Positions 10,233-18,943 of a stretch of 64,000 bases of DNA are shown one piece after another. The stretch comes from Spirochaetia bacterium (GTDB taxonomy: Bacteria > Spirochaetota > Spirochaetia > CADAEX01): NCBI GenBank assembly GCA_963662795.1, contig OY759746.1:1568001-1632000 (forward strand), read 5' to 3'. Numbering within the stretch: the stretch's first letter is position 1; every line of letters begins with the position of its first letter. A model generated the notes under the pieces. The model saw only the letters and a program-made list of their open reading frames with translations. It was not told the origin of the DNA and did not search any database. The translations under genes and the position numbers were made by a program.

Positions 10233-10606
10233 TGTTTTTTATAGGAATATTCGGAATTGGTTCAAAAGAGTATCCCGCGGAAAATAAAGACGCGGCTGTA
10301 GGGTTAGCCCCCGGCAGCCGGTGCAGCCTCTGCGGAGGGGAAAACACTGTGAGAAGGTATGTGAGAAGGAAATACTTTCACATCTTTTTTATTCCCCTGT
10401 TTTTCTGGGGGGATGTGTTTTACTACAGGTGCTCAAGCTGCGGTGCTGCGGCAGGAGGAAATGATTCAACTTCAGGCAGGTTCAGGGGAGAGGTCGGTAC
10501 CGGCGGGCCCGGCGCGGACAGTCATCAGACCTGCAGACACTGCGGAAAAGAACTTGATAACACCGGCAGGTACAGGTTTTGCCCTTATTGCGGAAATCCT
10601 CTTTAA
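10232..10606 (+). CDS. Zinc-ribbon domain protein
   Basis: CSLC, FHIFFIPLF, CSSC, CRHC, CPYC; overlaps the upstream stop (TAATG). Confidence 0.75.
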   Translation: MFFIGIFGIGSKEYPAENKDAAVGLAPGSRCSLCGGENTVRRYVRRKYFHIFFIPLFFWGDVFYYRCSSCGAAAGGNDSTSGRFRGEVGTGGPGADSHQTCRHCGKELDNTGRYRFCPYCGNPL

Positions 10607-10682
10607 CCTGGTCCCGGGCGTTTAATCATCAGTAATGAAATCCTGTACACTTTTTTTTTATTCGGGTAATATATAAGCAATT

Positions 10683-12482
10683 ATGGCATCAAATAAAACT
10701 CAGGAATACGACGAAAGTAAAATAAAAACCTTAAGCTCCCTTGAACATATAAGACTCAGGAGCGGCATGTATATCGGCCGTCTCGGAGACGGAAACAATC
10801 AGGATGACGGCATTTATATTCTTTTAAAGGAAGTAATTGATAACAGTATTGATGAGTTTATCATGGGATACGGAAAATCAATTGTTATCGATATAAGTGA
10901 AAATGTTGTAAAAGTCAGGGACTACGGCCGGGGCATCCCTCTTGGGAAGGTGGTTGAGTGCGTCTCCCTTATAAACACGGGAGCCAAGTATAATGACGAT
11001 GTTTTCCAGTTCAGTGTGGGTCTTAACGGCGTAGGGACAAAGGCCGTGAATGCCCTCTCTTCCCGGTTCAGGGTAGTTGCCATCAGAGATGAAAAATACG
11101 CGGAAGCTGTTTTTGAGAAAGGGATCCTTAAATCGCAGAAAAGCGGTACCAAAAAAGGGGAGAAAAACGGAACCTATGTCGAGTTTACCCCGGACAGGGA
11201 CATCTTTGCTGAATATCAGTACAACAGCGAATTCCTTGAACAGAGACTGTGGAATTACGCTTATCTCAACAGGGGGCTAACTCTTCAGCTTGGAAAACAG
11301 AAATTCTATTCAGATAAAGGCCTTTATGATCTTTTAAACGCTGAGGTCGGAGATGACGTCTATTACGACATAGCATACTACCGCGGAGACAAGATAGAGT
11401 TTGCTTTTACCCATACTAAAACATACGGCGAAACCTTTTTCTCGTTTGTAAACGGGCAGTTTACAAGCGACGGAGGTACCCACCTTACAGCTTTCAGGGA
11501 AGGCCTTCTTAAAGGGGTGAACGAATTTTACAGGAAAAATTATTCAGGACAGGATGTAAGGGAAGGTATCGCAGGGACTATTGCAATCAAACTCAAGGAT
11601 CCTGTTTTTGAAAGCCAGACAAAAAACAAGCTCGGCAATACAGATATCAGAAGCTGGATAGTAAATGAAGTAAAATCAGGCGTTATCGATTTTCTGCATA
11701 AAAACAGGGAAGCGGCAAAGACCCTTGAAGACAGGATAGTCTATAACGAAAAGCTCAGAAAGGAGCTCAATGTTGTAAGAAAGGAAGCCAAGGAAGCCGC
11801 GAAGAAAATCGCGATAAAGATTCCTAATCTGAAGGACTGCAAATATCATCTTGAGGACGCTAAAAAGGGCGAGCTTACGACGCTTTTTATAACTGAGGGA
11901 CAGTCGGCAACCGGTTCAATGGTTGCCTCCCGTGATGTTTATACCCAGGCTATTTTTTCCCTCAGGGGCAAACCCCAGAATATGTACGGGAAGAAAAAAA
12001 CAGAAATATATAAAAATGAAGAGCTATATAACATGATGATGGCCCTTGGAATTGAAAATGATGTTGAAGAGCTGCGCTACGCAAGAATTGTAATCGCTAC
12101 TGATGCGGATAACGACGGATTTCATATCAGGAACCTTATGCTCACCTTTTTTCTGAATTATTTTGAGGAACTGGTTGTAGCAGAAAGGGTTTTTATTCTT
12201 GAAACTCCCCTTTTCCGCGTAAGGAATAAAAAAGAGACCCGCTACTGTTACAGCATTGCGGAAAGGGATATAGCCGTAAGCGCGCTTTCGGGGCCCGAAG
12301 TTACCAGATTCAAGGGTCTCGGGGAAATATCTCCCAATGAATTCGGGCAGTTTATAGGTGCGGATATTCGGCTTGTAAAGGTGAATGTTAAATCGCTCAA
12401 AACAGTTCCTGAAACACTGGAATTCTATATGGGAAAAAACACGCCTGAAAGAAGGCATTACATTATGGAGAACCTTATCTGA
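10683..12482 (+). CDS. parE: DNA topoisomerase IV subunit B
   Basis: EVIDNSIDE GHKL motif, GLNGVG, TEGQSA, TDADNDG TOPRIM, RFKGLGE. Confidence 0.92.
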   Translation: MASNKTQEYDESKIKTLSSLEHIRLRSGMYIGRLGDGNNQDDGIYILLKEVIDNSIDEFIMGYGKSIVIDISENVVKVRDYGRGIPLGKVVECVSLINTGAKYNDDVFQFSVGLNGVGTKAVNALSSRFRVVAIRDEKYAEAVFEKGILKSQKSGTKKGEKNGTYVEFTPDRDIFAEYQYNSEFLEQRLWNYAYLNRGLTLQLGKQKFYSDKGLYDLLNAEVGDDVYYDIAYYRGDKIEFAFTHTKTYGETFFSFVNGQFTSDGGTHLTAFREGLLKGVNEFYRKNYSGQDVREGIAGTIAIKLKDPVFESQTKNKLGNTDIRSWIVNEVKSGVIDFLHKNREAAKTLEDRIVYNEKLRKELNVVRKEAKEAAKKIAIKIPNLKDCKYHLEDAKKGELTTLFITEGQSATGSMVASRDVYTQAIFSLRGKPQNMYGKKKTEIYKNEELYNMMMALGIENDVEELRYARIVIATDADNDGFHIRNLMLTFFLNYFEELVVAERVFILETPLFRVRNKKETRYCYSIAERDIAVSALSGPEVTRFKGLGEISPNEFGQFIGADIRLVKVNVKSLKTVPETLEFYMGKNTPERRHYIMENLI

Positions 12483-14419
12483 TGGCATATGTAAAAAATG
12501 TATTTGATATAAATTTTCTTGAATACGCCTCCTACGTAATCAAGGACAGGGCAATCCCCGACATTGCCGACGGACTCAAGCCGGTTCAGAGAAGAATACT
12601 CCATTCGCTGTTTGAAATGGATGACGGCAAGTTTCACAAGGTTGCCAACGTTGTCGGGCACTGCATGAAGTACCATCCCCACGGCGATATGTCAATCTAC
12701 TCGGCGCTTGTAGTCCTTGCCGAGAAAAACTTCTTTATCGACAAACAGGGCAACTTCGGCAATATTTTTACAGGCGATTCAGCATCGGCTGCCAGGTACA
12801 TAGAATGCCGGCTCCTTCCCCTTGCCAAAGAGGTCCTCTTAAACCCTGATATTACGGTTTATGAAGATTCATACGACGGCAGGAACAGGGAACCGGTCGC
12901 TTACCCGGCAAAGATACCTGTTGTGCTTCTGCTCGGGACGGAGGGTATTGCGGTCGGAATGTCGACCAAAATTCTCCCCCACAATTTTAACGAGGTGCTC
13001 GATGCCTTGTCCGATGCCTTAAGCGGAAAAAAGAGATTGATATATCCCGACTTTCCGACCGGAGGAATACTCGATGTATCAGGCTATGATGACGGCAACG
13101 GAAAGGTTCTGGTAAGGGCAAAACTTGATACAAAGGATCCCAAGAGAGTCATTATCAGGGAGCTTCCATTCGGACAGACAAGTGAAAGCATTATCGCATC
13201 CATTGAGGCGGCTGTAAGGAAGAACAAGCTTAAAGTAGCATCGATCAGCGATTTTACAACGGACAAGGTTGAAATTGAGATTAAGCTTCCCCGCGGCATA
13301 ATGACGGAAGATGTTGTTGATGCCCTTTATGCGTTTACAGACTGTGAAACCTCAATATCTGTCAATCTCCTTGTCATAAAGGATAAAAAACCTGTACAGA
13401 TGACAGTAACCGAGGTTATAAGCTATTACGCGCTCCAGCTTGTTGATGTACTTACCCGGGAGCTTAAGCTTGAAGAGAAAAACCTCAAGGCAAGACTTCA
13501 CGCTAAGACACTCGAGCAGATCTTTATCGAAGAACGTATTTATAAAAAAATTGAACAGATGAAAACTTCCGAAAGCGTAATAAAGGCTGTTATCACAGGG
13601 TTTGAGCCTTTTCTTCACCTGATAAAAAACGAAGTGACAGAAGAGGATGTGGAGAGGCTCCTTAAGATACCTATCCGGAGAATTTCCCTTTATGATATCA
13701 ACAAGGCAAAAAAAGAGATGGAGGATATCCTCGCAAGACTCAAGGAGATCAAATACCATCTTGCCCATATTAAAGAATATGCGCTCTCTTTTGTTTCCGG
13801 AGTAAAGGAAAAATACGGAGCCGCGTTTAACCGCAATACACAGATCACATCGTTTCAGAAGGTTGATATGCGGGAAGCGGCTATAAGAAGCCTTAAACTG
13901 CGCTATGACAAGGATACAGGCTATCTTGGGTATGAAGTTGCGTCCGGTGCTGCGTTATTCGATGTATCTATTTATGACAGGGTGCTTATTATAAAGAAGA
14001 ACGGCACTTATCTTGTCATGAATGTGCCTGACAGGGTTTTTATTGACAAGGGGATGCTGCATTGCGTCATTGCGGAAAAAGAACAGATGCCGGATACTGT
14101 TTTTACTATCCTGTACAAAAGTTCTGACAATAAAGCCTTTTATCTGAAGAGATGCAGGATTGAGCAGTATATTCTTGATAAGGCCTACAGCCTTGTGCCG
14201 GATAACGCCAAGCTGATTTATCTGACAACCAGGGAAGAGGGTAACATAAACCTTACCTATGCGCCAAAAGCGAGGGTAAAGGTACTTGAAGAAAGTTTTG
14301 ATATTTCATCCTACCTGATAAAAGGGGTAAAAGCAGGGGGAGTGCGGCTTACAACCCGCGAAGTAAAATCGTGTAAATTTGTTTCCGCAAAAAAGAAGGC
14401 TAAAAATAACGGAAAATAG
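12482..14419 (+). CDS. parC: DNA topoisomerase IV subunit A
   Basis: DGLKPVQRR, YHPHGD, AARY catalytic Tyr; short C-terminus without GyrA box. Confidence 0.92.
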   Translation: MAYVKNVFDINFLEYASYVIKDRAIPDIADGLKPVQRRILHSLFEMDDGKFHKVANVVGHCMKYHPHGDMSIYSALVVLAEKNFFIDKQGNFGNIFTGDSASAARYIECRLLPLAKEVLLNPDITVYEDSYDGRNREPVAYPAKIPVVLLLGTEGIAVGMSTKILPHNFNEVLDALSDALSGKKRLIYPDFPTGGILDVSGYDDGNGKVLVRAKLDTKDPKRVIIRELPFGQTSESIIASIEAAVRKNKLKVASISDFTTDKVEIEIKLPRGIMTEDVVDALYAFTDCETSISVNLLVIKDKKPVQMTVTEVISYYALQLVDVLTRELKLEEKNLKARLHAKTLEQIFIEERIYKKIEQMKTSESVIKAVITGFEPFLHLIKNEVTEEDVERLLKIPIRRISLYDINKAKKEMEDILARLKEIKYHLAHIKEYALSFVSGVKEKYGAAFNRNTQITSFQKVDMREAAIRSLKLRYDKDTGYLGYEVASGAALFDVSIYDRVLIIKKNGTYLVMNVPDRVFIDKGMLHCVIAEKEQMPDTVFTILYKSSDNKAFYLKRCRIEQYILDKAYSLVPDNAKLIYLTTREEGNINLTYAPKARVKVLEESFDISSYLIKGVKAGGVRLTTREVKSCKFVSAKKKAKNNGK

Positions 14420-14458
14420 TCCCGAAGAGGGGGGGTATGGCGGCTGGCGCGCCGGATG

Positions 14459-14494
14459 AAAAAACCCCCGCCTGACTTGCTCGCCGGACGGGGG
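14459..14494 (-). terminator. Intrinsic terminator of the lrp-DUF1015-ridA transcript
   Basis: Minus strand: CCCCCG...CGGGGG stem followed by TTTTTT, downstream of ridA stop. Confidence 0.6.
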
Positions 14495-14526
14495 CCTGTT
14501 GGTATTCAGCTTTTTCTGACTTTCCG

Positions 14527-14904
14527 TTAAATTTCGGCTATTGCCTCAACTTCAACAAGGCAGTCTTTCGGAAGTCTTAAAACACCTACTGTCGATCGTG
14601 CGGGAAAATCAGATTTAAAAAATGATTTATATACTTCATTGAATTCGGTAAAATCATTCATGTCTTTGAGGAAGCATGTTGTTTTAACAATTTTTTCCAT
14701 TGAGCTTCCCGCCGCTTCTGCGACAGCTTTAACATTTTTAAGCGTTGCTTCCGCCTGTTCCCTGATTGTTGTGCCGGTTATCGCCCCGGTAGCAGGGTCT
14801 GAAGGAGTCTGTCCCGATATAAAAATCAGGCCACCCAGTTTTACCGCCTGGGAATAAGGCCCTATTGCTGCAGGGGCATTTTTTGTCGAAATTATTTTCT
14901 TCAT
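14527..14904 (-). CDS. ridA: RidA family reactive enamine/imine deaminase
   Basis: APAAIGPYSQA, ISGQ, FPARS, VEVEAIA. Confidence 0.93.
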   Translation of the reverse strand: MKKIISTKNAPAAIGPYSQAVKLGGLIFISGQTPSDPATGAITGTTIREQAEATLKNVKAVAEAAGSSMEKIVKTTCFLKDMNDFTEFNEVYKSFFKSDFPARSTVGVLRLPKDCLVEVEAIAEI

Positions 14905-14916
14905 TTTAACCTCCGT

Positions 14917-16188
14917 TTACTTTTTCAATAACCTGGATTCAAGGTAATACCGTTTTTCAATTGATTCCCCGATGGAAAAAGTTTTTCTGGGGTATACCCC
15001 TTTTGCGGTTATTCTTTTAAAAAAAGTTTTCTTGCTTATTACCGGTAATATAAAACCTATGTTTCCCTCTTTTTCAGCTATCTCAAGTGTGTCTGCTTCT
15101 CCGTGAATATAATCAATCTCATCCCCTGTTTCCGCCAGGTATTTGTCAAGAAATGTCTGAAGTTTTTCAGCTGCGAGAAGATTATCCTCATATTGCAGGA
15201 TTATTTCCCCGTATTTGTTTCCGGCGGCAAAGATTATCCTGCCGGGCTCTTCCGGAGTTTTTACTTCGCGGCTTGTACACTTTCTGATTTCGCAGCCTGT
15301 TTCCGCCTTGAAAGCATCAAGCATTTTTGCGCTGTCTGTACCAAATACAACCCTGTGAATCGGTTCGAAGTTAAGCCCTGAGCTGTTGATATTGATTATT
15401 TCAACAAGGGCATATCTTGCGGGATGATCTTCGCTTACGCCGGGCTGATTTTTGATTTTATTCCATACCTCTTTTGCCGCGGCAAGTGAGTGATTGCCGT
15501 CGCCGACTGCGAAAAGTGTTCTGTTGCCCTGAAGGAGCTTCTCAAACGCTTTTTTAATATGAGAGAGGTCATCATCACTGTTTACAAGCCATCCGCGGAT
15601 TTTACCCCCGTTTTTCATGAGGGTGAAATCATACAGTTTTTTGAGTTTATCTTTTTTTGCGTAAAGATATTCGACAACACTCTCATCAGCATCATCGATG
15701 AGAAAAAGTATATGGGGAAGGTCAAGCGATGCTTTTTCCCTGATTCTGATCCGGGGAGGAAGCCGGTCTACAACAGTCTTTTCGGTAGGGCGTATAAGTG
15801 AATCAGCTTTTTCACTGTAATCATATTTTTCAAGATCAACTGTAATCAGCAGCCCCTGTCTTGATTTTGTATACGGGGTTTCCCGGTCGATAAGCACAAA
15901 TCCGGGCTCTGTTTTTTTAAGCACTCCACCCGAAAGATAGTCTTCCATTGTCTTGTTTATTGATTTGATTTTATCATCAAGATTTACCTCTTTCAGATAA
16001 CATTCAGGGAGGATCAGATTAAGGGTGGAGGGTTTCCCTTTAGTTGTTTTTTTGACATCTTCCCAGTAATCCCTGTTGGATGTGAACTGGTCACACGCAA
16101 TAACCGACCATTTTTCAAAATCCGTTTTGCCGGTATCCGGAAGCAGAATTTCAGGTAATCTGACTCCGTATTTTTCGAAGCTGCTCAT
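14917..16188 (-). CDS. DUF1015 family protein (ParB/Srx-like DGNH motif)
   Basis: WSVIACDQFT, IRPTEKT, GDGNHSLA, FEPIHR, PRKTFSIG; start at 16188 with AGGAG RBS. Confidence 0.8.
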   Translation of the reverse strand: MSSFEKYGVRLPEILLPDTGKTDFEKWSVIACDQFTSNRDYWEDVKKTTKGKPSTLNLILPECYLKEVNLDDKIKSINKTMEDYLSGGVLKKTEPGFVLIDRETPYTKSRQGLLITVDLEKYDYSEKADSLIRPTEKTVVDRLPPRIRIREKASLDLPHILFLIDDADESVVEYLYAKKDKLKKLYDFTLMKNGGKIRGWLVNSDDDLSHIKKAFEKLLQGNRTLFAVGDGNHSLAAAKEVWNKIKNQPGVSEDHPARYALVEIININSSGLNFEPIHRVVFGTDSAKMLDAFKAETGCEIRKCTSREVKTPEEPGRIIFAAGNKYGEIILQYEDNLLAAEKLQTFLDKYLAETGDEIDYIHGEADTLEIAEKEGNIGFILPVISKKTFFKRITAKGVYPRKTFSIGESIEKRYYLESRLLKK

Positions 16189-16192
16189 ATTT

Positions 16193-16681
16193 TTACTCCT
16201 TTGAGTTATCAGTTTCATCAAGTTCTATTACATCAAACTGGTGAGGTATTTTAAGGTTGAAGCTCTTAAAGACTATAAAGGTTTCGGTTACTGTAATACC
16301 TTTGATAGTGGAAAGCTCCTGGCTCAGGAAATCAAGAAGGCTGTAGTCAGGTTCAAGATGCACAGTTATAAAAAGATCATATCTCCCGGTAACAACGCTT
16401 GATGATATGACTCCATTAAGTCTGCTGATATTTTCCGCAGTTTCTTCAAGCTGAAGGTGGTTCAGCTGTATTCCCATATAGACAATAGTGTGCCCTTTCG
16501 CAACTTCCGGGTTTACAAGCGTTGTAATATCAATTATTCCAGTCTCTCTGAGTTTCTGTATTCTTGCCTTTACAGTATTTTCCGCAATCGAAAGTTCTTT
16601 GGCGATTTTTTTGTATGAAATCCTGCCGTCTTTAAGGCGGTTGATTATCTTTTTATTGATGTCATCAAGAATAAGCCCCAT
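16193..16681 (-). CDS. Lrp/AsnC family transcriptional regulator
   Basis: LDDINKKII..DGRISY..IAKEL..SIAENTVKARI HTH; VTGRYD in the RAM domain; start at 16681 or 16729. Confidence 0.9.
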   Translation of the reverse strand: MGLILDDINKKIINRLKDGRISYKKIAKELSIAENTVKARIQKLRETGIIDITTLVNPEVAKGHTIVYMGIQLNHLQLEETAENISRLNGVISSSVVTGRYDLFITVHLEPDYSLLDFLSQELSTIKGITVTETFIVFKSFNLKIPHQFDVIELDETDNSKE

Positions 16682-16819
16682 TATTTGCCCCTTTTGTCTA
16701 ATTTTTACATGTTTTTGTCCAGATTTCAACTGAAGTTTTTTTATAACCGGAAAAAGATCCTTTATCCCCCGCTTAATGCTCCCCTTACCGTTTGAATATG
16801 TTTTTTTCTATATGAAAAA

Positions 16820-16870
16820 AGCTACATTATTGTAGCTAAACATATATTTTACTACAATAATGTAGTAAAA
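16820..16870. promoter_or_regulatory. Pair of palindromic operator/UAS sites CTACA-N4-TGTAG
   Basis: AGCTACATTATTGTAGCT (16820-16837) and TTTTACTACAATAATGTAGTAAAA (16847-16870), centres 30 bp apart. Confidence 0.65.
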
Positions 16871-16992
16871 ATATCAGAGGTAAAAAAGAGCCCAAGCCGA
16901 AAGAGTAATATTATTTTAATAATACTACATAAATCAGTAAAAATATATTTCAAAACTGCATTTACAGCAATATCTATTTTTAAATAGCTGGT

Positions 16993-17008
16993 TGGCACTA
17001 TAATTGCA
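16993..17008 (+). promoter_or_regulatory. sigma54 (-24/-12) promoter without an obvious downstream CDS
   Basis: TGGCAC-TATAA-TTGCA, consensus match. Confidence 0.8.
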
Positions 17009-17019
17009 TAATATTAATG

Positions 17020-17166
17020 ACTTATGCTCTGTATCCTTCAAAAGAGGGTATGCGCAGAAGTTTTTTGATTATCAGGGTTTATACTTTGAAATCAAACCTT
17101 TTTATTGTTCTGAACAGTCTCCTTAAGTTCTCAGGCTCTTTACTTGTCAAGTAAAGAGCCTGCTTT
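17020..17166 (+). ncRNA. Candidate sigma54-dependent small RNA
   Basis: Lies between the sigma54 promoter and a 15-bp perfect hairpin; two internal stem-loops; single-stranded TCTCCTT. Confidence 0.4.
17132..17166 (+). terminator. Strong hairpin, probable terminator
   Basis: CAGGCTCTTTACTTG-T-CAAGTAAAGAGCCTG followed by CTTT (weak U-tract). Confidence 0.55.
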
Positions 17167-17183
17167 ATCTCCCCTTATCATTA

Positions 17184-17212
17184 TTGACACTTGAAAGTAT
17201 AATTTATAGAGT
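17184..17212 (+). promoter_or_regulatory. sigma70 promoter of gatCAB (likely leaderless start)
   Basis: TTGACA-17 nt-TAGAGT, 6 nt before gatC ATG; no SD. Confidence 0.55.
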
Positions 17213-17218
17213 AATTCC

Positions 17219-17497
17219 ATGCAGAAAGAGGAATTATTTGTTACCGCAAGCCTTGCGAGGCTTGAGCTTGATGAGAGGGAAGCTGAGAAGCTTAATGAAG
17301 CTATTACAGGGATGATTGAATATTTTTCACTGATGGATAAAATTGATGTTGACGACCTGCCTCCAACAACGCACGCGGCATCGAAAGTGAACAGAACAAG
17401 AAAGGATCTCCCTTCAGACATCTCTCTTGCGGATAAAATGGTTGAAAATGCTCCCGAGAAAGAGGGCAGATTCATAACAGTACCGAATGTTTTATAA
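17219..17497 (+). CDS. gatC: Asp/Glu-tRNA amidotransferase subunit C
   Basis: ASLARLEL, NAPEKEGRFITVPNVL; precedes gatA. Confidence 0.92.
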   Translation: MQKEELFVTASLARLELDEREAEKLNEAITGMIEYFSLMDKIDVDDLPPTTHAASKVNRTRKDLPSDISLADKMVENAPEKEGRFITVPNVL

Positions 17498-17525
17498 TGT
17501 TCTAAATTAAAAACCGGAAAAATCA

Positions 17526-18941
17526 ATGATGTGGAAAGATGTTTTAAATAACTCTGATAAAAAGAAAAAATATATAAATTATGTAAATGAATGGGAACAG
17601 AAAATTCATTCATTTCTTGAATTTGACACTGAAAGAATCTCTGCGGAGTCTGTTCCCGGGGGCGGCCGGTTTGCCGGGGTCCCCTATGCCGTAAAGGATA
17701 ATATCGCTGTAAAGGATTACCATCTTACATGCGGGTCAAAAATACTTGAGGATTTTATTTCTCCCTATGACGCGGAAGTTATCGGAAAATTAAACTCATC
17801 CGGCGCTGTCCCGGTTGCGAAGTGCAATATGGATGAGTTCGGGATGGGCTCTTCCACCGATAATTCAGCCCTTGCTGTTACCAATAACCCGTGGGATACC
17901 GAACGTGTCTCGGGCGGCTCAAGCGGCGGCCCTGCAGCGGCTGTTGCTGCGGGACTTGTCCCCTTTTCACTCGGTTCCGACACAGGCGGTTCTGTGCGCC
18001 AGCCCGCAGCCTTCTGCGGAGTTTACGGGCTTAAGCCTACCTACGGCGCAGTTTCCCGCTATGGCCTTGTCGCTTACGCCTCTTCTCTTGACGTTATCGG
18101 AGTTCTTTCAAGAGACCTTTCGATGCTGGGCAATGTTTTTGACCTGATCAGAGGCCGGGATGAGAAAGACCAGACTACTGTTAAACTTGACCCTGACCTG
18201 TCTTCCGATTTACAGGCAGATGACGGGAAACCGGTATTCGGCTATCTTGGCGGCGATCTTGGGCTTGATAAGTCTGTAGAGGCAGGATACAAAAACTGCA
18301 TTGATATGCTGATTAAACAGGGATACGGCGTAAAAGAGATTTCAATACCGGCACTTGAATATGTTATTCCGGCCTATTATACAATTGCGACGGCAGAGGC
18401 AAGTGCGAACCTTGCCAGGTTCAACGGCGTAAGATACGGTTACAGAAGCAAGGGGGCGGAAACGCCTCTCGACCTGATGAAAAAAACAAGACATGAGGGC
18501 TTCGGCGACGAGGTAAAACTCAGGATACTTCTGGGCACCTATGTCCTGAGGTCCGGCTTTCAGGACAGGTACTATATAAAAGCCCAGAAGATAAGGACAA
18601 AAATCATAAACGATCTTGCCTCTCTTTTTAAAACCATTGAGCTCCTTATCCTCCCGGCTTTTCCGACTCCGGCTTTCAGGCACGGAACGGCCGAACTTAC
18701 CCAGTATCAGCAGAAAGTGGCAGACAAGTTTACGGCAACTGCAAATCTCGCAGGTATTCCCGCATTAAGTTTTCCGGCCGGGGTATATGACGGGCTTCCT
18801 GTAGGGCTTCAGCTTTTTGCCCCCCACTCAAGGGAAAAGCTTCTGCTTAAAGGGGCTGCGATAATAGGCAGGGAAATCCCTGTTCCCGAGGTTCCCGGCT
18901 ACAGGAGCATTGAAGATATCTGCAGCGGACAGGGGCGGTAA
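17526..18941 (+). CDS. gatA: Asp/Glu-tRNA amidotransferase subunit A
   Basis: Amidase signature GGSSGG, GSDTGGSVRQPA, NLARFNGVRYG, GFGDEVKLRI. Confidence 0.95.
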   Translation: MMWKDVLNNSDKKKKYINYVNEWEQKIHSFLEFDTERISAESVPGGGRFAGVPYAVKDNIAVKDYHLTCGSKILEDFISPYDAEVIGKLNSSGAVPVAKCNMDEFGMGSSTDNSALAVTNNPWDTERVSGGSSGGPAAAVAAGLVPFSLGSDTGGSVRQPAAFCGVYGLKPTYGAVSRYGLVAYASSLDVIGVLSRDLSMLGNVFDLIRGRDEKDQTTVKLDPDLSSDLQADDGKPVFGYLGGDLGLDKSVEAGYKNCIDMLIKQGYGVKEISIPALEYVIPAYYTIATAEASANLARFNGVRYGYRSKGAETPLDLMKKTRHEGFGDEVKLRILLGTYVLRSGFQDRYYIKAQKIRTKIINDLASLFKTIELLILPAFPTPAFRHGTAELTQYQQKVADKFTATANLAGIPALSFPAGVYDGLPVGLQLFAPHSREKLLLKGAAIIGREIPVPEVPGYRSIEDICSGQGR

Positions 18942-18943
18942 TT

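Noticed and set aside
17184-17203. Perfect TTGACA and TATAAT upstream of gatC read as one promoter
   Set aside because: Only 8 nt apart; TTGACA pairs better with TAGAGT at 17-nt spacing
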